64,000 nucleotides of DNA from Lepidodermella squamata (Eukaryota > Animalia > Gastrotricha): positions 1,984,001-2,048,000 of the forward strand of contig JBLDXI010000009.1 in assembly GCA_047495785.1 (NCBI GenBank), read 5' to 3'. The notes below the pieces were generated by a model. That model was given only the letters and a program-made list of their open reading frames with translations. It was not told the origin of the DNA and did no database searches. Below, one piece after another: positions 26,061-39,630 of this stretch. Positions within the stretch are counted from its first letter, which is position 1. Each line of letters begins with the position of its first letter. Both the position numbers and the translations under genes were made by a program.

Positions 26061-28328
26061 CTAATGCCAACAATTGGAATATTCAGGCCTGTGAAAGCCG
26101 GACTCTTCAACATCATCCTGCCGCGATTGATCATAAAGGATGACTGATACTAGAGATATTAGGACGATTTTCGTGGCACCAAAGACGAAGAATGAAAATA
26201 AGTTAAGGCGCTTCGCCGAAACGAGACCTTTAACTAAAGCGTCATCGGTTTCATCCGCTGACGCCTCGGCCGCTTCACTATTTTTGCCAGAAGAGCGAAT
26301 AGCAAGCAGACGTCGCCAGAGACGGATGAAAAAATACGCAACCCGGCGCCGCAATGATTTTTTATTCGCCAGTAACGCAGAGCTGCCGTCGATGTTGCGC
26401 CCGAAAACAACCGTCGACGACGACGAGGCACTGCTTTTGCGGCGTTGCGATTTCCTCAGCGCAGTGATCAACGCAGCGTCGACCCCGCTCAGGTCGATGA
26501 TGCCCGAATCTGTTACATTGGAAGAGGTCGTGCTATTGCTGAAGCTGCGCGGCCGAATGTCGTCAACGTCGTTTTTGCCCAGAAAGGACTCTGCCTCGCC
26601 TGGGAAGCCTGATCCCATCTGCTCAGTCCACGTGTAACCGAGAATCGAGGCTCGACGGTCGCCGCCCGTGCCAGCTACTGATTTCTGTAGCTCGTGAATC
26701 TGTTGCAGCAGAATTGACGATTTCCGCGACGACTCGGCCGTCGCGGCGCTTTCTTGTGCTTTCTCGGTCTCGGCTATTGTCATAATGACGGCACACATGA
26801 TAGTTTCCGCTGTTGACAGCAGTAACGTTAGCACTACAAAATACGTCATGATTGGCGTATGCTCGGCAGTAAATGGCACCATATCAGTTATCGCCAGAAA
26901 CATAACAAAAAATGACAGCTGAAAAGGGAAAATTTACACTCAATTTTTGAATAAGTCCGAGGAAAACTAACCATTGTAGTGAATGTTACATTCAACTTAT
27001 CCCCTGAGTCTGGGGGCAGTAAGAAAGCTATCAACGACACGATCGCCAAGCATGCGGTTGGTAGAAAAATGCGAAGAATGTCTGTTAAAGGCCGCCGCCT
27101 TAATCGAAGCTCGAAGTTTAGAAATTCCGTAGTTCGATGAACTGTTAGCCCAGAAGGTGTAGCTCGAACGCCGCTAATCTATAAATAAAATAAAGATATT
27201 ATTGTTTAACTGAACAGGACTGATTCAAGAAACAAACCTCCCATAAGCTGTTGTTGGTATAGCGATCGAAGCAAATCGGCCGTACTACGTCACGACTCGT
27301 CAAATTGACGTGATAGGAATCATGCGCCGCGAACTGGATAGCGCATGTTTGGCTGTCACTCGGATAGTAAAAGAAGTCGAGATCGCAGGCAACAGTCACC
27401 TTGCCGCTGGAAACCCAAGAAACAATACCGGTCCAACCTATCAAATCGAAAAATTCATGGATTAATCTATAAAGGATTATGTTAATTTACCAATGAAAGC
27501 AGGAAAATGAGACCAAAAACTGTTCTGAATATCGGGCTGGGCTGAGTTACGAATCCAAAACAATGGGAACCAAATACGATCCACTGGAAGTATTTGGAGG
27601 TTAACAACACCGGAATAGTTGGACGGCGACCACCGGAAGCGCAAATCACGCCACGTCATCCAAATCTGCACGGTTAAAATCAAATTTCCCGACTCCTGAA
27701 CGTCGTCGAGCGAAATCAGCTGCAAATGCATCGACACGTTAGAAATCTTCGACGGCCTAGCATCCTTTGAATAATTCTCCATCAACATGCGATGCAAGCG
27801 AGTTTCACTTTCAGCCGTGTCGTCAGGCTGCTCTTCTAAGAAATCTTCCTCGGATAATGACACATCCGGAATATCGTCACCGTGAAAATGCTGCTCGCCG
27901 CTAGTTGTTGGCATAACTGTTGATGTTGACGTAGTTGTACTAGTAGAACTCGTAGATGCGCCTTCAACCGTCGATGCAGATGACAAGTTGGAATTGGACG
28001 ACGATAGTAGAAATGTGAAAATAAGGCCGAAATAAATGAGAACGAAAACGGTGTTGTTCCTGAAGCCGGGTAAATTGGACGAAATTTTGGACAGCCGGCG
28101 GTAGTGTGACAAACGCACCGGCGGCGCTGTCGTCCTCCACGGAGGCTTCCACATTTTGATGACGCCGATTAGTGCTATACTCGGTTGGTGCTGTTGTTTT
28201 TTGTTTGTGTGTTGTTGATCAATAAGTTCGCCGTCACTAATATACGGTGATTTTTCTGGTGCACTGATCGCCGGTGGCCGGCTCGCAACGACGCCGCAGC
28301 TTGTTGTGCCGACAACGTCATCGACCAT
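26061..28328 (-). CDS. Cys-loop ligand-gated ion channel subunit, nAChR-like non-alpha (start at 28328 or a downstream Met)
   Basis: Contains ETRLHRMLMENYSKDARP, TWRDLRFRWSP, IWFP, the Cys-loop CDLDFFYYPSDSQTC, LRRRP-M1, LPPDSGDK-M2, M3, a long cytoplasmic loop and M4. There are no vicinal cysteines in loop C. Confidence 0.88.
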
Positions 28329-31300
28329 TCAGTTGACAAGAAAACTTGGTCGAAGTAATGCTACAGTCAATAATGAATAAATAAATTAACAAACATATCG
28401 CAGTTAGAAACGCATAATATTGCTAATACAAAAATCCTCCTTAAAATACCGCATCTATGCCGAAAATCGCGGGCCCTAAGCTATTTTTGTTTATTTTATT
28501 GGCTGCGTATTTCCGATAGTATAGATGTACGATAGAAGGTTTGTCAACCTGCTGGAGCCGATGATAATACATTATAGCGTGGTCAGTATATTATAGGCCC
28601 TACACTCCATACCGAAACCGGAATAACTTTTTGCGCATGTGCGTGGGGCCGATGCGCTATGGGCACGTGCGAGCACAAAATGCGAAAAACTATCGAATGA
28701 GAATCAAACTGTTCGCGCTGGCTGGTTCGAATTACCAACACTGATAGTTCGACCCCATCGCGCGCTATCATTACGATGTTATTACACCCACGTGATTAGG
28801 TGTGGCCGTGACCGCACCTTGCGAGGCGATGCGCCAGCGCTAAAGGTTGCCCCTTTCAAAAGAAATATCCCTCCTTATGGTATAAATAGCTAGGCAATAA
28901 AAAGGCATTATTACAAACATATACCTATGAAAGATGAAAAATGAATAATAATTATTAATGGCAAATTATTATTGCGGTTTGAGAAGCGAGCTATATCGCG
29001 ATCTCTTCTTTATTGCTCATCACAGGCAGTCTCATATCGGGCGCCGACTAAAACAACACCAATCATTCACGATAAATAGGAGCGTCGACATTTTTGGCAC
29101 GCGCGTGCCATGCAGGTTGTTTGTTAGCAGGGGGCGCAGACGAGCGTTCCAAGGTTAATTGTTGTTATTGGCCTAATTCGCGTTTCCTGTGTTCGCACAA
29201 CATAATCTCACAAGCAAAAAAGACAAAGACAAATGTGTTATCAAATGGGCGTTTCCGCGCGCTTTTTAAATCAATCCATACATGAAAATGGAATCCATTA
29301 AAACAAACACGGGTTGTATGCCTAGATCCAATAATAAAAAATATATTCGTTTACATAATATTGTGCTCAGATCATGTAAAATATTTATTAGATGATGATA
29401 CCGTGTTGGGCCAACACCCACCAAATAGCCCAAAAATAGTTGGGGCAGGGGGTCTTGACAACAAACATAACAACATGACCACGGCGTTTTACATCTAACG
29501 ATTGGCCTATTTATACTTTAATTTCCCCATTCTGGACAACCTTCTGATACAGCATTAAGACAGAAAATCATCGAGTCGCTGATATTAGATTTTAGCGCCA
29601 TGCCTTAGTTTCACAAAATATACCCCGGCGTTAAGTAATGGTCAAAAATAAGGTTATCTGTGCGGTTACAATGAGTGTTTACTAGTTCATAGCGCGGATG
29701 TGAAGAAGAAGCGAGCGCGAAAGACACGGCTCGCGGAAAGACGCGTACGCTCTCACTCGCCACCAAAAACGAGCGCGATCGAAAACGAGCGCTCGCAGTA
29801 GACAACAAAAACCGGAGCGATAAAATGGACGAGTAGCTGAATGAATGATTATTACATCAACATATTATAGCCGGCTCCCACACTTCATGGAAGCAACTAT
29901 AGGTAGTCTATTGTTTCGCCGTTTTTCAGGCCTAATAAAAAAGTAGCGCGAGAGACTATAAACTAAAAAATACTCGCTTCGTTTCATGATTTTATTTATT
30001 TGCCATATATTTGTTATTGTTTTTGCACGAAAACGTCCTGAAATAAGAAACGCTACAGTTATAGAGACCAGTTCGAATTATATTGCGTAGTTTCGAAACA
30101 AAAATAAGAAACCAGCAGCGCGTATTGGTGTGACACAGACCGTAAAAGGCACGCACCGTAACGCGTTGCTTATATCTTACAAATAAATCGTAAATAGAAT
30201 GCTATGCTACAAATTGGCGCATCTGCACGAATGTTTTTCGAAATCGAAACTAACGCGAGCAGAAAATAAGAAGTTGCAAGTCCAAGTTACCAGCACTCAG
30301 TGCTTCGTGAGGACACAGCATGTTTTAGGGTAATAATTTATCTATCGCTTCGGTGGAAACGTTATTTTCTCATGCGAAAAAAGATGCATATCGAAGTACT
30401 CTGATTACCAGATAAGTCGAATACGAGCGCAATGATTTTTTTCGAGCGGAAACCCCGCCGGTCAATGACTGTCGGTGTTGTTTTTTGCAATAAATAATAT
30501 CGCGATCGCATGCTAAGCGGCAATTGCCTTCAAGACTAGGATCACGCACCAGGGGTTCGTCTGAATTTTCTACCCGGTATTCAGTACGTTCCGCATGATT
30601 GGTGCGACGGCCGGCGAGCGTAAAGTGCAAAATAAAGCCCGCTAACGCAATTTCAATAAAAGTATCAATTGCTATGGAAAATAATAGCACCACTCCTTAA
30701 TGGCAAAAAATTCAGCAATAGTTACGGATACGCTTCAATCACCTCGCATGCTGAAATAATATCTGCCAGTAATAAAAGCGATGAAAGGAAAAAGAAGTCG
30801 AGAATACAAATAATATTATTCCTAGTAATTGTATGGCCATTGTGTAGGCATAGTTCATGTCCTTGTAGCTTACTTACTTGGATTCATCAGCTAGAAGCTT
30901 TCCGCAACAATTTGCTTATTCTATTGGCCAATAAAACAACGGGCTATGTTGCAACATTCGTTGTAAAACCGAAGAAATCGCATAAAAACCGGCCAGCGTA
31001 ACTCTTGAAACTTCTATTCGAATACTTATAGCAGTGACCCGTGCTTACATCACTGCCGATATAATAATATAAAATACTGTACGGAAGGAGAAAAAAATGA
31101 TCGTAGCGTGACTAATATAAACATAATAACTTGTACAAAGCCGGTCAATTGTTAATATTTCTTAGCCTATAATGGATAACCGCAAGACGAAGTCGGGTTT
31201 TAACAATAGACGCGATTTGTACTAACAACGGAAATAACAACATAAACAACCTCTGAGAACTGAGTTAGCAGCTAAAAAAATCAAGTACTCGATAAACTTG

Positions 31301-33315
31301 TTCGGGCGCGCCGATGCAGCCGATAAAAAACAAAGCTCCAATCTACAACCTAATAAACATCGGGCGAAAAGTCTCGATTCAAGACCTATATGCGTAATGC
31401 GGGCCGCGGGCTATAACGGAAATGCACCTAAACTTGGCGGCGAACTCTGCATATCAATTATCGCTTCGATTTTACAACACTAGAGAATGACTCTCCTTTG
31501 AAGGAAACAAAACGCAGCGAAAATCCGTTAGGAAAAACAAACCGTTAGAGATTGATGAAGACTTTGATCACCGTTAAAAACCAGCATCCGCAGCAACCTC
31601 ATTCGCCGAAATCGGCGATATGAATTTCAATTTTAAGACGTTCAGGCTGATGCGTTCTTGCAGTTGCAAAATGTAAAATAAAAATCTACAACCAGGCAAA
31701 GAAGGAAAAAAATGAAAAATTTGACACACTTCCAGCTGACAATCATTCATACAGGTGCATGTTTTTTTGTTAATTTTAATTAAAAATCCATGAAAAATGA
31801 GTCTAACGCAAAAAAACGCTCGCATTAGGTGCCAAGTGAAGTGCATTTCATTAAGCCTTTGAATTGAGCTAGCTTGTTATAGGTTATTTTAGTCTTCGAT
31901 TCACTGAAGACATCTTAATTTTGAGAAAGCTAATTGGAAGTAAAAATTCCAAGTTTATTTTGGCGCATAGTTCTGAATTTAACGACGCGACGATTCGTTG
32001 TAAAACAAGGTGGCTTATGCTTTAATTTGTTGCCATGCAAGTTTTTCCAATATTTTCGTGATTGATGCATGTGAAGTAATTTCACGCGGCTTTGTGCTTC
32101 TGTGTTTGCATTATATATTATTGTATACCTATCGGAAAATCTCGCCCGGCGTTGACGAAGCTTTTACAAAGCGTGCAGGTTGTGTAGCTTGCAGCTAGCC
32201 TCAAGTCTAAATCAGAAGCAGGCCGTATCGACAATCGCAAATCGATTTAAAGCCGCGGCTCACGCGACAGACATTTTTAGAAGAAAATTAATGGGTTTGA
32301 AAGTGCTCATTCCGGCAAGGGCGTGCCGAGTGAATCATAAGAAATAAATACTTCCTAGACACTTCGCGCATATGACAATATACGTTGAATAACGGTCGCA
32401 TTAGTTGACCTATGTAGAAACGGCAGATAATATTCGTAAATTAGTAGACAGTTCGGAGTTACATTTTTAAGCGAAACGTCGACAGCTAATAATTCAAATT
32501 TACATTACTACTACTATTTATATTACTACCGTCGTCAGGAATCGAAATATACAAGAAGCAAGGCGCCGTGAATGTTATATAATCATCAGCCGTCATGCAT
32601 ATTTGGAGAACTTTCGCGGTCACAACATAATGATTGCACCAGGGTTTGCCCCCAGAGACGAAACTGTAAGTAACATGTGCGCGCACAAGTCGGGAATTCA
32701 TTAAATATTTACGACAGCGCAAATCTTCGATAAATTCGAGTTCGCGCATCTTCGCCCTGCTCGCCGGTTCTGCTGTCTAGACGATTCTTTTACTAGCTAT
32801 TTGCAGCTACTGCCACACGCATGCTGTTTATTTCACAGGCAGCTGACCATTTATGGACCTCTATAACACTACATTAGCAATAACATCGAAAAAAATCAAA
32901 CAACAAAGCTGTGATCTCGTGGGGAATGCCACCTCGCTTTCTGTATTAAGGCTATGTATGGTATAAATAATGACAGAAATTCGGTGCAACTGTCGATTAT
33001 TCTGATAAATTGTTCTAACCTTGCGAGAAAAGCGGCACAGCACCATCTTTGCTCAGTATGACTTGAAAAAATTGCGCATTGGCCCTTGGGGCAGCCGAAA
33101 TTAAGCTGCAAATTATTTGCTCAAAATGCAAATTCTTTTTTTCGGGGTCTTTTCCAGCTAAACTGCTTTTCGATAGATACTCAGCTGGTCATAAATATAC
33201 GAAAAATCACCTTGTAAGAAAATACAAATTAAGTAAACGATGAAAGAAAATTCAAATAGTAGCATGTTCTTTATTTCGTTAAATATAAGAAAACAATCTG
33301 CGAATTTCACAGCTT

Positions 33316-34848
33316 TCAACTCTTCAACTTGGTTGATCGGCGCAACCCTGCCCTGATGCCCGTCAATTCTCCGCCGTAGGCGTTGACAGGAGGCTGCCAC
33401 TCGCGAACTCCAGAAGCTTTACGACGCTTGAGAGCCTTGTTAAAGCGGTTGCGATTAGCAACTCTCGGATTGCGTTTAGTTTTTGGTTTCGGAATTCCAC
33501 CGTTCCTTTCCATTTTATCTGTAAGCTTTCGTTTCTCATCAGGTAAATTGCTATCAACAATTTCATTGTCGGCAACATCCATAGCGTCACCATCCTCCTC
33601 TTCATCTTCATGTGGTTCAAACATAGCCCGACGGGTAGATTTCGGCTTGAACTCTTTCTTTGCCAACTTCAGAAGATCGGAATTGCTGACGTTTTGCTTC
33701 AAGGCTTTTAGCAGGGCGTCGATGCGTCTGTTAGGTTTCATAAAAAATTTCTCAGCTGAAGCGAGCTGTTCCAACAATTTGTGATTGCTGACAAGTCTAG
33801 CGGTGACTGGGTGACCTTCGACGGTTTCATGATGAGCTCTCATTCGGAGGTAGAATAAAGCATTCATACAGTAGGTGAATCCAACTAAATGCTTCGCTCG
33901 AACAAACATGAGCGCAGATTTGCCTAAAAGGTCTCGAAGTTCAGTGCTCTCCTTAGAGTCCAAGAGTTTGACCAGAGGAGTCCACTTGGACTGCAGATTT
34001 CTGAGCTCGTCCTTCACTCGAGTGATTAATGGCTCAAGTTCCGGGTATTTCCTATCAACTGATGACAGCAGTTGTTGTGTCGAAGCATTCCTATTCACTA
34101 ATTCAAAACCATCTTCATGCTCTTCATCTTCTTTATCAGCAACAGCAGGTAGGCCTGATTTCAAAAAGAATAAATTATCAACAATTGGTCAATTCTAAGA
34201 CATCTCAGCGTACCGAGGAGTTCAAGATTAATATCATTATCTGTTACCATGCTAGCAAGTCGCTTTTGAATAGCTTTAGCCTCCTGCTCTTCCAAGACAG
34301 CAGCACTCGGTTCATCACCATTGTCGCCTTCGTCAATTTCTAGGTATCGCTCATCGACGTTCCCACCGTATTTGTTTCTCACTGGGCGATCATTCATGTC
34401 CATAACTTCTTCGTCGCCTTCACCTGCTTCATCTTCGTCATCATCGTCGTCGTCAATGTCGCTAGAAACTCTGCCTTTGAACTGCACTCGTTCGAATTGC
34501 CTGCAACAAGAAATTCGGATGATGTTGTAGCTAGAAAACCACGTTTTAACCTTAGTCTTTCTTCGAGCATTTTCTCATCTTCGCTTTCGTCTGTTGCAGA
34601 ATCAAATGCAAACACTCCTTTAGCATCATTCGCACCTTTTTTGCCACCATAAGTTGGTAACAAGTTTCCAAGCTCCTCGTTATCGCTGTCTTCTTGAACA
34701 TCTTCGGGTGATCCAGGGTTCTCATAATTGTCCATGCCCCGCCCCGTATCTTGCCCTATTTAATAGACGTAAATCTTGAAATGAATGAAGTATCAAACGT
34801 ACATTTCGGATTGCTCTTCGAACCTTTGGAACGCTTGCCTTTGGCCAT
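33316..34848 (-). CDS. UTP3: SAS10/UTP3 small-subunit processome component
   Basis: Has an acidic N-terminus, a C1D-like YCMNALFYL...GHPVTARL segment and the Sas10 C-terminus RNPRVANRNRF...YGGELTGIRAGLRRSTKL. Confidence 0.93.
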
Positions 34849-35473
34849 TGTTCAAGAATTGCTTTGCGACTTTAATTTCTCCCACTGCTCGGGGGTGTAC
34901 GTTTTGAGCTGTAAAGCGTGAATAACTTTGAGTTCTTCACTCAATATTTCGTTTACAGTTCTACAAAATAGACCGGTAAATATTTAATAGCAGTTATTCT
35001 AAAGCTGCTTACCGATGACGTTGGAGAAGTGGTTTTCCCTCAAAGTCTTTCGTAACAACAGTAATAATGAAACTTCCGCTACAAGCTGTGGCAGATAAGT
35101 CAACTACTTCCTATACAATAGTTCATATATGAGCCCATAGAGATAGGAAATGTCATGACTAACCAGGTACGATGGGTTGAGCTTGGTTTCGAGCTTCGAT
35201 TTCAGGAGATCAACAGAGACCATTTAAAAAGAAGAAATATCTATAAGAAAGTAAGCGCTAGGTTTGATAGAGTATTTGTTTAGCCTTTCTCTGCCTAAAA
35301 TTAGGCAGAATTTTCTGCTATAGCTTTTTCTGCCCAAAGTGGTAAGTAGGCGCCTGAATCGCGTAAAACTCCACAAAATACCGTCAAAATTGAATTATGT
35401 AGTCCATCTTGCAGTAATAATCAACCTAAATAGACCAATCCGTGAATAGTTCATCATTGGCGCCCATAATAAG

Positions 35474-35948
35474 GTGGTACAACACGTAAAACATAAAACG
35501 TGGTACTTCGCCTGTCTTAACCCGGCGTCATTGTGTCAGGTGGATAGCGACGCTGTTGTGAGAGGGAATATTTCAAGTGTTTCGAGAGACCTTTTTAGCG
35601 ATGGAACGCCAATTAGAACGGGTGTGCCACAAGGCAAGATGCTTTTTCAATTTTCAAGGACGGTTCTTAAGGAGGCTCGCTAAAGCATCAAATTTACTCA
35701 ATCGTGTCAGCAGGGTCAAAGTACATTGAAAAATAAAAAAACTATGTATTTGTGTTTCTCTGCTTCTGTGATATTGTCATCCTATGATTACTTGTGTTAT
35801 TTTGTAAGGCTTGATCGTTCGGAAGACGACGATTTTATCGTTTATCGTTTTGAATAGCGATGTATGTCCGCCCATTGAACATCTTCTGGAATCTGAACGT
35901 GGCTGGTGAAAAATGTTCTCCAACACATTAACAGATGATGATGATGAT
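35474..35948 (+). mobile_element. Degenerate non-LTR (LINE) retrotransposon fragment
   Basis: Translates ...LFSDGTPIRTGVPQG, an RT motif, and is followed by a (GAT)5 tail-like repeat at 35934-35948. There is no intact ORF. Confidence 0.5.
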
Positions 35949-36196
35949 AACGGCGTTCACACCCTCTAGGAGGATTTTGCCGCCTTCGACGCGGAGGCAC
36001 CAATACGAGCAGTCAATCTTCGCCATCCATTGCGGATTGACACATTAACAACGCTAGAAAATGCTGGCCTGGCTCAACGAAATATGAAAAATAGCGCTCA
36101 AATACCACGTGCATTTTTCACATTTAATAATCAACAATTAGTTAAGCTAGTTTTGATCTTCAATATTAATAGTTATTTATTAATTTTAATTTTGAT

Positions 36197-36209
36197 GTTG
36201 CCTGGCAAC
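36197..36209. promoter_or_regulatory. Palindromic RFX X-box GTTGCCTGGCAAC
   Basis: Perfect GTTGCC-N-GGCAAC palindrome about 320 nt upstream of the LRRC74 ATG. Confidence 0.65.
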
Positions 36210-36531
36210 AAATTTGTGCATCATGAAAATGAAAATACACCCAGGCTGAGGAACAGCGGTGTGTCGCCAGCTAGCGGTCAGCTGTCAGAAGAGATGTCCG
36301 AGAGAAGCGTAGAGAAGCTGTTATTATTTTTGGGCTTCATTTCTTTAGTTCTCTTATAAATTCACGCTGCTGTGGTGACGATAGACATTATTATTGTCTT
36401 TGAGCTTTGGTTTATACGATTTATTATTTGGTGCAATGTGATCTATATATTTACCTTCATATAAGTTTATACATTGAATTTTCCATTTAATTGCATTTAA
36501 TTCAAAGATTAGTAATATTGAAGCCAGCATT

Positions 36532-39500
36532 ATGGCTGAAGGGGAGGAACGTTCTGTGTCTGTTGCTGTCGGAACGCCAGCTACTCTTGATAGACCTGGT
36601 TCCGGAGGCCAGAAGAAAAACCAGTTCAAGGGAGACAGGCGCAAACTCCCCCCTATCACGCGAGATCTTCACACTGCGCACCATGACCCTGTTCGGAAGA
36701 CGGTAATACTTGTTATTTTGTTCAAGCCAAGATAGGTGATTGAGGTTCTTTCAGCTTCTTGTCAGGAGGTCGAAAACTGCGCAAGAGAGGCGGCCCTTTA
36801 TGACACCTAGTACTGCAAGAGGAGGCGAGGAAGAAGATCGAGAGTTTGACGAAGAGGTGAAATTTAGTTTGAATAACATTTTTATTATTTACTATTATAT
36901 CTGGTGTTAGGAATCCGAAAGGCCCGAAACCAACAGAATGTACAGCGAAGACGAGGAGGTCGTGGCCGAAGTTCCTGATTCGGTAATTGTCGAATCGCAG
37001 AAAGTGTCTGCTCGGGGAAAGACCGGCGGAGCGACATCGGAAGGACGCGAGGTCAATATTTTTGAAGACAGTGGCTTCGACACCGACCTTGAAACAGAGC
37101 GTAAGCTTTATAATGAATTATGGTATCATCTTGTACCGGAATTCAATTTTGGATTTTTCACTTATCCCAGTGGAAAAAATTCATATACCGGGTCTAGAGA
37201 GCGATAGCTCCGAAGAAAATGAGGATGATGATGGAGAAAGTTTGTGCCACAACTTAATTTGAGTGCAGCAATAATTCTGTTCAGTTTTTTATTTATGAGA
37301 TTTATTTGATTGCCTTTGATTCCTACATATAAATAAATGAGATTTCAATGTTATTTCAGCTGTTCGGAAACCTGTTGATCACAGGGCAGAGGTGCAGTAT
37401 GTCCAAAATTGCGAAAAATCTGGACTAGTTCCGGTTACTCACTTTATCAAAGAGCTCCACCAACAGAGCGTTTGCCTTAGCCATCATGGTGTTGGGACGG
37501 AAGGGATGCTTCCTATTGCAAAGGCACTATTGGTATGCTAATTAACGTGAAAGAAAATTGGTTACTTCGAACATCATGATAGCACAACTCAACTATTACG
37601 AGCATAAATCTTTCTGACAACTGGCTGGGGAAAGTCGGTGGATTTCATATCTGTAACATGTTGAAGGAAAACTGTTTTCTGACAGAAATGGTATACGTTA
37701 TATGCATTTTAATTTGTCATTGCAAAATTAATTATCATTCATTTCTGTTCAGGACCTATCAGAAAACCGCTTGGAGGAGTCGTTCTGTGAGCAGTTGATC
37801 GACAGCTTGAATTTCAATCGCACTCTCACACATTTGAATTTAAGTGGAAATAAATTTGGCCTGAAAGCTGCTGAACATCTTGCAACAATAATCGGCACTA
37901 ATACAAATTTAATCTACCTGAATCTTTCCCACAACTTACTGGACTCTGGAGCTGGCGTGGTTCTTGGACCAGCTATTGGTGAAAATTCGGCCTTGAGAAC
38001 ATTAGACCTTAGCTGGAACAATATAACTCGACGCGGTGCTATCGCTATTGCCAAAGGCATAAAGGTTTTTATTTTAATTTCCTCATTTTATGCCATATCT
38101 TTTTGTTATTTATGATTTTTTTTAAAGATAAATATGATGCTGAAAACGTTGAACTTGGCGTGGAACGGCTTTGGAGTTGACGGCTGCAAGGCTTTAGGAG
38201 ATGCCATAAAGACTAATAATGTATTGGAGGAGCTTGATCTAACGTAAGCTGAAAACAATTTCAGAGTATTTTAAAAAATCAAATTCTCTAGGAACAACCG
38301 AATTACAACTGAGGGTGCAGTCTTGCTTGGCAAGGGCATAGGAGTGAACGAAACTTTGCGCATTCTCCGCATGGGTAGAAATATCATGCGTTCTGCCGGT
38401 TGTTATGGCATTGCCGCGGCTGTTTTCCGAAATCCTAACAGCAAAGTAGAGGAGCTGGATTTCAGCGAAATTATTGTCAATCAAGATTTTACTGACCTGC
38501 TGCAAGATCTTCGATCATCGCTAGCTGAGGATAGGCAGATTAAAGTTTCAACGGGATGTGATGTTCCTCCACTGAAACCAAAGAAACGCGTTCATCCGAT
38601 GATGAAGCTCAGAATCTACGTGCAAAAGCATGGCTTGAAGCTTCACGAATTTTTCAGTCGCTTTGATAAAGACGGTTCTATGGCTGTAGACTACGATGAG
38701 TTCCGCGAGGGAATCCAGGTTTATTCCTCGAGTCAATATCATTTCAATTTATTTTGACTGAAAACCTTTCACAGGAAATGGGAATTAATTTAGATGACGA
38801 CGAGATAAATATGCTTATTGCGGAACTAGATCGCGACGGCGATGGTGATATCAACTACAGGTATGCTTTCATTTCAATTTGCAGAGTTCTATCTTATAGC
38901 TCAATCTGCTTATAAGATACATATTTTACGGTGATTTTCCGGTTAGTTTATACTTGCAAGAACACACATTGTCAGTAATGGTCTGTCATCACGAAAATCA
39001 TGAGAAAAACATAGTTTAGCTTCATTCAAGTGTTTGAAATGTTCGTAAATTCACTTTTCAAATTCATATGGTCGACTATAAAGAGGCCTCGACTTACACC
39101 TGACTTTGTTTGAGTCACCACCTTCGGTAAGTTGAGTAAACCTGTTACGTGAAACCCGAAGCGCGATCTCACTCCTAGCACTTTGAACCATTGTTACGTT
39201 ATTCTTATATACCCAATGGCGTTCTGGGAAAACCGCTATAAAAATCTTCGAATTTTCACAGTGAACTTCTCGATAAATTATTGAAAACCTGAAGGTAAAT
39301 TATGGTTGTGACGTATGCACAGAGTGATGGGCTGTTCACGCGGTAGATTTCGATACCGCTTTATAAAGAGAGCACCTAAAATATATATTTGCGTCTTACC
39401 CGAGATGCTTGGGCAGTAAGCGTCTCACTGCTTTAAACCCGCTATTTTAACATTAAAAGCATAATATCTGCACACAAATTCGATGAAAGCACCTCCACTT

Positions 39501-39630
39501 TTTTATCTTACAATTAAAAAGAACCTTTGATTTAATAGTGATGATTCACTAGTAAACGCAATATTTTTATATTTTCAGTGAGCTGGTGATCGGCAATGTC
39601 GAGTTCGAGGGCGGTCTGAATGACAGTTAA
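36532..39630 (+). CDS. LRRC74: Leucine-rich repeat protein 74-like with two C-terminal EF-hands
   Basis: Contains DSGFDTDLE, RI-type LRRs (LTHLNLSGNKFG, LRTLDLSWNNI, LNLAWNGFG, LEELDLTNNRI) and EF-hands DKDGSMAVDYDE and DRDGDGDINYSE. Confidence 0.85.

Noticed and set aside
26140-26637. Long antisense ORFs (also 33383-33784, 49864-50343 and 4436-4921)
   Set aside because: These are shadow frames of real coding exons on the opposite strand.
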